A stretch of 64,000 nt of DNA from Alphaproteobacteria bacterium (GTDB lineage Bacteria; Pseudomonadota; Alphaproteobacteria; Rs-D84), in NCBI GenBank assembly GCA_046881825.1, contig JBKSMS010000010.1:86348-150347 (forward strand), read 5' to 3'. Each line of letters begins with the position of its first letter. Position 1 is the first letter of the stretch. Both the position numbers and the translations under genes were made by a program. Positions 58,231 through 64,000 of the stretch are shown here, piece after piece. The notes below the pieces were generated by a model. That model saw only the letters and a list, made by a program, of their open reading frames with translations. It was not told the origin of the DNA and ran no database searches.

Positions 58231-59745
58231 ATGAAAATAAAACAAGTTTTTATGGCACTTGGTCTGATGCTTTTGCCATTGCTGGGGTGGGCTGATAACA
58301 GCTTGTTTTACGATAATGTTCAAATCCAAGATGATTTAGATGTTTATGCTGTGTCTGATGTTTTTGCTGACATTTATGAAAAATTGGATGGTGTAAATTG
58401 GGCTGGTAAAAACATAGATGTTGCAATTGAAAGTTTGGAAAAATTAAACCCAGAAGCACATATCGCAGCAACTGGGGAAAGGGCGGTTTTGGTCTGGGGG
58501 GATGAATTAATCGCAAATTACCCATATCCCAAAAGTAAAGATTGGAAAGCTTATGGTGAATTGACAACTACTTTGTTGTTGCGTATGCGCGAAAGGGATG
58601 TTCGGTTGCGTGCTTTGAAAGATGCAGAACTTTATCAGGTTGTTGTTAATGCATTGCTTTCTGGTATCGACCAAAACGGGAATTATATTTATTCGCGTGA
58701 CATGTTAAATGGTGACGATTCGCATATTTTAACAAGTCTGGGGTTTGATGGCGGTCGCGATTCGCGTGGCAATTTGCGTGTGACAGGTGTTTATAAAGAT
58801 TCTCCGGCTGATATGGTTGGTATAAGGGAAGGCGACATCGTTTCAGAAATAAATGGCGAACGTGTTGAAAAAATGACTGATGGGGACATATCTTCGATAT
58901 TATCTGGATATAATTCTGGAACTGAAAAATTGAAATTATTAACACCGTCTGGAAATCGATACGTGACTTTAAGACGGGCCACGATTATGATGGCAGATGC
59001 AGATATTATTTATCGCGCACCAAACAAAGATGCAACAGGTGGTATCTTGGAAATCATAATTCACAAAATTACAGATGGTGCGGTTGATATTGTGAACGAA
59101 GCATTGGCAAAGCACAGTGATGTTGCAGGGATTATTTTAGATTTAAGAACATCTACGGGCGATAATGAAAAATCTGCTGCGAAACTAGCGGGATTGTTTA
59201 TGGGACAAAAACCAATTATGCGCGCGATTGAAACGGCGGTTGATGAATTAGAAATTGTTCCAGGCGGTGATGCTGTGACAGAAGTGCCGATGGTGGTTTT
59301 AATTTCTGACACTACGCGTGGCACCGCAGAAGCGGTCGCGGCGTCATTTAATGAAAACAAGCGCGGGGTTTTGGTCGGAACACCAACTGCGGGTCGCGCC
59401 AGAATTGCATCGTTTATAGATTTGAAAAATGGTGGTGTTTTGGAATTGTTGAATAAATCTGTGAAAACGGGATATGGCAAGACTTTGGATGGACGCGGGG
59501 TATTTCCAATTGTATGTTTGTCTAATATAAGAAATGCAGACCAACGGGAAACTTTCCTTTTGAATGTGATTAATGGGAAATTTAATGCGCATGATTATAA
59601 TCGTGACGCAAATGTTGATGTAAAAGCAGTCAGAAATGCCTGCCCGAAAATCGTCAGCGGTGTAGATGAAGATGCATTGGCGGGGGTCGTCAGTGTTCAA
59701 ATTTTAACAGACAGTAAAGTCTATGATCAACTAATGGATATATAA
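58231..59745 (+). CDS. S41 (C-terminal processing peptidase) family homologue with PDZ domain; catalytic dyad apparently not conserved
   Basis: Signal peptide, PDZ (VTGVYKDSPADMVGIREGDIVSEINGERV), and an S41 core aligning at PMVVLISDTTRGTAEAVAASFNENKRGVLVGTPTAGRA. Gly and Arg occupy the expected Ser and Lys positions. Confidence 0.75.
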   Translation: MKIKQVFMALGLMLLPLLGWADNSLFYDNVQIQDDLDVYAVSDVFADIYEKLDGVNWAGKNIDVAIESLEKLNPEAHIAATGERAVLVWGDELIANYPYPKSKDWKAYGELTTTLLLRMRERDVRLRALKDAELYQVVVNALLSGIDQNGNYIYSRDMLNGDDSHILTSLGFDGGRDSRGNLRVTGVYKDSPADMVGIREGDIVSEINGERVEKMTDGDISSILSGYNSGTEKLKLLTPSGNRYVTLRRATIMMADADIIYRAPNKDATGGILEIIIHKITDGAVDIVNEALAKHSDVAGIILDLRTSTGDNEKSAAKLAGLFMGQKPIMRAIETAVDELEIVPGGDAVTEVPMVVLISDTTRGTAEAVAASFNENKRGVLVGTPTAGRARIASFIDLKNGGVLELLNKSVKTGYGKTLDGRGVFPIVCLSNIRNADQRETFLLNVINGKFNAHDYNRDANVDVKAVRNACPKIVSGVDEDALAGVVSVQILTDSKVYDQLMDI

Positions 59746-59746
59746 A

Positions 59747-60436
59747 ATGTTTATAAGAAAAGATAATACTTTGAAATGGAAATGGATTTTGGTTGGTGCG
59801 GTTATTACGGCTGCGCTGGTGTTGGGATGTGTGTTTGGTTGGGATAAACCATTGTATTCGTGGATACACAATTCCATGTGTAATCCGTGGACTATGGGCG
59901 ATGGTTTTTGGTGTGGCGTGGCATTTGTGCTGGGAAAAGTTTTCAGTACCAAGGTTTGGTTTTTTGCATCCATTTTGGCGGTTATAACATTTTTTGTATA
60001 CAAAGCAGTCACAAATGAAAATGATTTTCGATTTGCCTTTGTAAAGATAAAGAACAGTTATGCGTTTTATTTGCTTTGTTCTGTTGTGATGGCGATTGTC
60101 ACAACTGGGGTGTTAAAGGTTTTAATCGGTCGTTCGCGTCCTATTATTTACGAAGCTTTGAATGCTACCTTTTTTGTCCCAGGGACTTTTGAGACTGTGT
60201 TTAATTCCATGCCATCTGGACATACAGCGGTCAGTTTTGCAGGACTTGTTATGTTGGGAATGCTGCACCCGCGTATAAAGTGGGCAACATGGACACTGGC
60301 AATAATTATTGGTATATCACGCGTTTATATCGGTGCGCATTGGGTTGGCGATGTTATTTTTGGTGCGTTTATCGGTATGTTGTGCGCTGATTTTACCAAG
60401 GCGATATTGAAAAAAATAAATTCGAAAATAAATTAA
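59747..60436 (+). CDS. PAP2-family membrane phosphatase
   Basis: Tripartite motif KVLIGRSRP, PSGH, SRVYIGAHWVGDV. Several TM segments. 1 nt after the upstream stop. Confidence 0.8.
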   Translation: MFIRKDNTLKWKWILVGAVITAALVLGCVFGWDKPLYSWIHNSMCNPWTMGDGFWCGVAFVLGKVFSTKVWFFASILAVITFFVYKAVTNENDFRFAFVKIKNSYAFYLLCSVVMAIVTTGVLKVLIGRSRPIIYEALNATFFVPGTFETVFNSMPSGHTAVSFAGLVMLGMLHPRIKWATWTLAIIIGISRVYIGAHWVGDVIFGAFIGMLCADFTKAILKKINSKIN

Positions 60437-60800
60437 ATTAATTTTTCCCCTCTCCGGCTAGCGCTGAGGCGCCGCAATTAATTCTCCCCCTGTGGGGGAG
60501 GGAACCACGAAGTGGTGAGGGGGGTGAGAAAGAACGGTGAACCCCCATCGACTCGCCCGCGCTTCGCTGAGGCGAGCCACTTCCCCCCTGGGGCAGAATT
60601 AATAATAAGAAAAAAATAAAACCACTTTTATTCATAATGAAAATATGATAGAATAGGGATAAGAATAAACCCCTCCCCCGGTGCTTCGCACCACCCCCTC
60701 CAAAGGGGGAATAATTCTCCCCTTGGGGGGAGTCCGGTTGGAGACCGGGAGGGAGGGCAAAAATAATTTACCCCTTCGCGTAAAGCTTCGGGGGACAAAG
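60437..60800. repeat. Cluster of GC-rich short palindromes / REP- or MITE-like repeat units in an otherwise AT-rich intergenic region
   Basis: Four copies of AAT(T)AATT(C/T)T(C/G)CCCC: 60437-55, 60476-90, inverted at 60590-60603, and 60710-22. Hairpins at 60484-60500, 60552-60576, 60680-60692, 60717-60732 and 60733-60749. The 10-mer cgctgaggcg occurs at 60462-71 and 60565-74. Confidence 0.7.
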
Positions 60801-60817
60801 GAAAAAGGAGAAAAAAT

Positions 60818-61696
60818 ATGTCGATAAAATTTGTCAAGGCGCTGAAACCCGCAGAACTCTACACACACACACACACACACACAAGTAGTTTATTACTGAG
60901 CTTTTTGTCAATAATATTAATTTCCGCACCGGCTTTTTCTTATGTAACAAATTCATCGCAATGCGATAATGATGTTTTATCAACATATACTGGACCCGCA
61001 AATTTGACTGCAAATTGGACGGGAAACAATATATCGGTCACATGGTATAATGGCGATACAGAATACGACAGTAATCAGTGTACATATGGTGGGGAATTAG
61101 ATGTCCCAACCGCCCCAACAAAAACAGGATATACATTCAAGGGCTGGCGTGCAAAATGCAGTTTTGCGAGTCAGGTGTGTAGTTTAACGGGCAGCGCGGT
61201 AAACGGGTTAACATACGATTCTACCACATACGGATATTACAGTCATGATGGACGGAATAATCAAAATGAAAGTACATACGGATTAACGGCTGGTGGATGG
61301 GCTTTAAAAGATACCAGTGGCGGCGGAATAGTGAAGGGAATCGCAAGTTGCAACAGCACCAAGCCAAATCTTTGGGATACAGTAAGTGCTGGGCTGAGTA
61401 ACGGAATGCCGTACCATGAGACGATGAATACATTATGGGAAACATGTAATACGGATACAATGAAATCCAGTGATACGTTCAGTAGCAGCAGCAGTACGGG
61501 ACAATACTGTTGGTGTAAAATGGAAAGTTACACACCATCTGGTGGCAGTGCCTGTAACATCGCGTCCCCTTCGTGGGTGTTCGTCGACGCCGAAGCGTCC
61601 GCGGCTCATTGCGCGCGCTACTGTGCGCGCAAATGCGCGAATAGCCTCATGAACTACGCCGTTTTCCGTCGGGCGGTGTTCGGGGTAAGTAATTAA
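60818..61696 (+). CDS. Exported surface-type protein with Listeria-Bacteroides (Flg_new) repeat and Cys-rich C-terminus; (AC)11 repeat in the 5' coding region
   Basis: SD AAGGAG 8 nt upstream. The N-terminus MSIKFVKALKPAELY-THTHTHT-SSLLLSFLSIILISAPAFS is signal-like. ISVTWYNGDTEYDSNQCTYGGELDVPTAPTKTGYTFKGWRA matches the Flg_new repeat. Terminator after the stop. Confidence 0.65.
   Translation: MSIKFVKALKPAELYTHTHTHTSSLLLSFLSIILISAPAFSYVTNSSQCDNDVLSTYTGPANLTANWTGNNISVTWYNGDTEYDSNQCTYGGELDVPTAPTKTGYTFKGWRAKCSFASQVCSLTGSAVNGLTYDSTTYGYYSHDGRNNQNESTYGLTAGGWALKDTSGGGIVKGIASCNSTKPNLWDTVSAGLSNGMPYHETMNTLWETCNTDTMKSSDTFSSSSSTGQYCWCKMESYTPSGGSACNIASPSWVFVDAEASAAHCARYCARKCANSLMNYAVFRRAVFGVSN
60861..60883 (+). 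repeat. (AC)11 dinucleotide simple sequence repeat inside the 5' coding region of the 60818 gene
   Basis: Direct reading gives acacacacacacacacacacaca, translated as THTHTHT between the start codon and the signal-peptide hydrophobic core. Confidence 0.95.
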
Positions 61697-61707
61697 TCGA
61701 AATTATA

Positions 61708-61740
61708 AAAAAAACACCGCCGATTGGCGGTTGTTTTTTA
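61708..61740. terminator. Bidirectional intrinsic terminator between the surface-protein gene (+) and dksA (-)
   Basis: A8, then caccgcc-gatt-ggcggt(t)g, then T6 (61713-61739). Overlaps the dksA stop. Confidence 0.75.
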
Positions 61741-62169
61741 TTTCTTTCTTTTTTCGTATTCTTCTTGTTCTTCGGTGGTCATTGTTGCCAATGGTCGCGC
61801 CAACATGCGTTGTAGCCCGATTTCATCACCAGAAATTATACTGTATCCATATGTTCCGTTTTCAATTCTTTCCAATGCTGCATTTATCTTTTGTAACAAA
61901 TTCGAAGCGCGTTCATTCATACGCAAATTCATTGTTATTTCTTGTTCTGCCGTTGCCTGGTCTTGTTCGTCACCAACCCCAGCTGTTTCATTTTTTTCTG
62001 CCATACGAACATCACTTAACACTGAATCGCGATCTTGCAAAATTTCATCGCGTTGTGTATTTAACAATTGGTAAAAATAAGCCAACTGTTCATCACACAT
62101 ATATGGTTCTGATTTCTTTGGTGTATATTTTGGTGACAATTCAATGTTTTTATAATTCTTTTTTTCCAT
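61738..62169 (-). CDS. dksA: RNA polymerase-binding transcription factor DksA (no zinc-finger cysteines)
   Basis: Coiled-coil tip GDEQDQATAEQE (DxxDxA) and C-terminal GTYGYSIISGDEIGLQRMLARPLATMTTEEQ, in which all four canonical Cys positions are replaced. Confidence 0.85.
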   Translation of the reverse strand: MEKKNYKNIELSPKYTPKKSEPYMCDEQLAYFYQLLNTQRDEILQDRDSVLSDVRMAEKNETAGVGDEQDQATAEQEITMNLRMNERASNLLQKINAALERIENGTYGYSIISGDEIGLQRMLARPLATMTTEEQEEYEKRKK

Positions 62170-62173
62170 GGTG

Positions 62174-62494
62174 TTAAGCCCCTTGTAATTCCTGTATCCA
62201 TTGGATTAATGTTTCATTATCCATCAAACCTGTTCTGGCTTCTTTTAATTCGCCATTTTTAAATGCCAGAACACTTGGGATGCTGCGTATGCCAAATTTT
62301 GCAGGTGTTCTGCGATTACCTTCATCAATTTCAAATTTTACAAAATTAACATCTTTGTGTGTTTCTGAAACTTCTTCAAATATAGGTCCAAACATCTGGC
62401 ATGGTCCACACCAAGATGCCCAAAAATCTACCAATGTTAAACCGGTTGCCACCATTGAATCAAAATTTTCATCTGTTGCGTGTTTCAATGCCAT
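62174..62494 (-). CDS. trxA: Thioredoxin
   Basis: VDFWASWCGPCQM active site. 106 aa. Confidence 0.93.
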   Translation of the reverse strand: MALKHATDENFDSMVATGLTLVDFWASWCGPCQMFGPIFEEVSETHKDVNFVKFEIDEGNRRTPAKFGIRSIPSVLAFKNGELKEARTGLMDNETLIQWIQELQGA

Positions 62495-62567
62495 ATTTTT
62501 CTCCTTATGTTATTGATATTTCATTTGAGTTTATTATAATCATAGCAAAAAGCAAGAGAAAAACGAC

Positions 62568-63665
62568 ATGAAAAAAATCGTCTATGTTGATGCAGCGGCA
62601 AGTTGGCTGAAACCACAATCAGTGGTTGAAATTGAACGCACTTTTTTGCGTAAATCTTATGCTAATGCAGGACGCGGGGTGTGCGCGCGTGCGACACATG
62701 TTGACGATTTGATTGCCAATTCCAGGGCGCTTGTTGCTGATTTTATCGGTGCAAAACCAAAAAACATAGTTTGGACATCTGGGACAACTGATGCGTTCAA
62801 CAGAATTGTTCATATTATAAAAAATACCGTTTCTAGAAAAAATCTGGTTGTTGCGGTGTCTGATTTAGACCATCACAGTGCCCGTTTACCATGGGAACAA
62901 AGTGGTTTTAAAACTGTCGTTATCCCGTTAAATAAAAGCTTAAATATAGATATAAAAAAAATTCCAAATGTTGATGTTATTGTTATAACTGCGATGTCTA
63001 ATGTGTTGGGAAACGGGCAAGATGTTAAATCTATAATCAAAGCTGCGCACAAACAAAATAAAAATGTTATAACAATCGTGGATGCAGCGCAATCTGTCGT
63101 ACACAGCAAATTAGATGTTGTGGATATGGGTTGTGATTTCTTGTGTTTTTCTGGACATAAAATTGGTGCTGATACTGGGGTGGGGGTAATGTATATCAAA
63201 AATCCCGATATGTGGATGCCAGATAAATTTGGTGGTGGAATGGTCAACAGGGTTGTTGATAAAAAAATTATTTTAAATAATTCGCCTGAAAAATTTGAAG
63301 CAGGTACTTTGCCGATTACACAAATAGTTGCCATGCCGGCGGCCATTGATTATGTATCTAAATGGGATGGTGGGCAAAATTTAATTCATTTTATGTATGA
63401 TGAATTATCTAAAATTAAAAATATAAAAATTTTAACATCACGCAATTCGTGTATGCTAGGTTTTATCCCTAAAAACATGCATGTTTTGGATTTTGGCATG
63501 TTGGTTGGCGCGAATGGCATTTGTTTGCGTGTTGGGAATATGTGTGCCAGTTGGATTCATAAAAAATTAGGACTGGACGGTTCTGTGCGTATATCTGTTG
63601 GACCATGGAATACGATGAAAGATGCTAAATATGTTGTTGATGTAATCAAGAAAGTAGTTGGATAA
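62568..63665 (+). CDS. Cysteine desulfurase (class V aminotransferase, SufS/CsdA-like, short form)
   Basis: PLP lysine motif FSGHKIGADTGVGVMY and catalytic Cys loop LRVGNMCASW. Followed directly by a DUF59/SufT gene. Confidence 0.8.
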   Translation: MKKIVYVDAAASWLKPQSVVEIERTFLRKSYANAGRGVCARATHVDDLIANSRALVADFIGAKPKNIVWTSGTTDAFNRIVHIIKNTVSRKNLVVAVSDLDHHSARLPWEQSGFKTVVIPLNKSLNIDIKKIPNVDVIVITAMSNVLGNGQDVKSIIKAAHKQNKNVITIVDAAQSVVHSKLDVVDMGCDFLCFSGHKIGADTGVGVMYIKNPDMWMPDKFGGGMVNRVVDKKIILNNSPEKFEAGTLPITQIVAMPAAIDYVSKWDGGQNLIHFMYDELSKIKNIKILTSRNSCMLGFIPKNMHVLDFGMLVGANGICLRVGNMCASWIHKKLGLDGSVRISVGPWNTMKDAKYVVDVIKKVVG

Positions 63666-63666
63666 A

Positions 63667-63981
63667 ATGGAAATAAAACGTGAAGATATCATCGATGAAA
63701 TTAAAAAGGTTTATGACCCAGAAATTCCTGTGAACATTTGGGATTTAGGGCTGATATATGATATATCTATTAATGATAATGGCGTTGTTATCGAAATGAC
63801 TTTTACCAGTCCAACCTGTCCTATGATGGAAGAAATTTTAAATGAAGTTAAAAGTAATGTAGAAACTGTGACGAACGGAAAACCTGTGGATGTGAAGTTG
63901 GTTTGGGATCCTGCGTGGGATTTATCCAGGATGAGCGAAGCCGCAAAAATTGAATTAGATTTAACAGACCAAGGGTGGTAA
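63667..63981 (+). CDS. Fe-S assembly protein SufT / DUF59 family
   Basis: IIDEIKKVYDPEIPVNIWDLGLIYDI and TFTSPTCPMMEEI are DUF59 hallmarks. ATG 63667 lies 1 nt after the sufS-like stop. Confidence 0.8.
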   Translation: MEIKREDIIDEIKKVYDPEIPVNIWDLGLIYDISINDNGVVIEMTFTSPTCPMMEEILNEVKSNVETVTNGKPVDVKLVWDPAWDLSRMSEAAKIELDLTDQGW

Positions 63982-64000
63982 TTTTGAATTATGAAAATAT

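Noticed and set aside
60437-60800. Possible CRISPR array
   Set aside because: The repeats are short palindromes in mixed orientation with irregular spacing of tens of nt. There are no regularly sized unique spacers and no cas genes in the window.
60750-60800. Superficial similarity of GGGCAAA ... CGCGTAAAGCTTCGGGG to words of the GEMM-I c-di-GMP riboswitch
   Set aside because: I could not build the two adjacent hairpins with a tetraloop and receptor that define GEMM-I. The similarity is limited to short words. An Infernal/Rfam scan would be needed before any claim.
60438-60880. Three minus-strand ORFs (65, 69 and 82 aa) in the GC-rich intergenic region
   Set aside because: Their G/P/R/S-rich translations (for example SPPSPLRGSLPHRGR) are what GC-rich palindromes give when translated. 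They overlap each other and the start of the 60818 gene. I treat the region as non-coding repeats.
61540-61696. Diversity-generating retroelement variable region at the GC-rich 3' end of the surface-protein gene
   Set aside because: No reverse transcriptase, template repeat or accessory gene in 64 kb, no second copy of the segment in the window, and the protein tail does not look like a C-type-lectin DGR target.
1-64000. Search for tRNA, rRNA, tmRNA, SRP RNA or RNase P RNA in the intergenic gaps longer than 100 nt (11370-11506, 14161-14289, 20017-20123, 42742-42918, 45943-46061, 60437-60817)
   Set aside because: I found no cloverleaf-compatible sequence, no conserved T-loop (GTTCGAATC-like), no SRP (GGAAGCAGCC-like) or other recognisable RNA motif by eye. 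A tRNAscan/Infernal run would be the decisive check.

Overview
AT-rich (about mid-30s % GC by eye, not computed), tightly packed chromosome segment from a Gram-negative bacterium. It is probably an uncultured or host-associated alphaproteobacterium-like lineage. That is an inference from a DUF721/DciA-type gene next to ruvC, an RHH_4 protein, a C-terminal J-domain protein, rpoH, a DUF3035-like lipoprotein and the LPS/Bam/Lnt machinery. I call 63 CDS and found no rRNA, tRNA, CRISPR array, transposase or prophage. Housekeeping backbone: mltA (partial), ruvC, recA, typA, serS, trxB, ftsK, rarA, ybeY-lnt, trmB, gltX, der, rpoH, rsmE, rluB-type synthase, thrS, tatA, lpxD, xerD, lptF/G, greA, mutL, yajC-secD-secF, S41 peptidase homologue, PAP2 phosphatase, dksA, trxA, sufS, sufT. 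Accessory or unusual content: (1) a six-gene glycosyltransferase/Stealth island between recA and typA; (2) a tightly coupled four-gene minus-strand operon (membrane protein, degenerate HNH-like protein, SUKH-like protein, RHH_4 protein) that I cannot assign to a described system; (3) a VirD4/TraG-type coupling protein with no other T4SS genes in the window, co-transcribed with two lipoproteins; (4) a 1079-aa Cys-rich secreted protein built from repeated Cys modules; (5) a surface-protein gene with an in-frame (AC)11 repeat just after the start codon, a 381-bp GC-rich palindrome cluster upstream and a GC-rich 3' end; (6) an apparent in-frame ybeY-lnt fusion; (7) an S41 peptidase homologue in which both catalytic dyad positions appear substituted. 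All family calls come from motif recognition by eye, and no searches were run.
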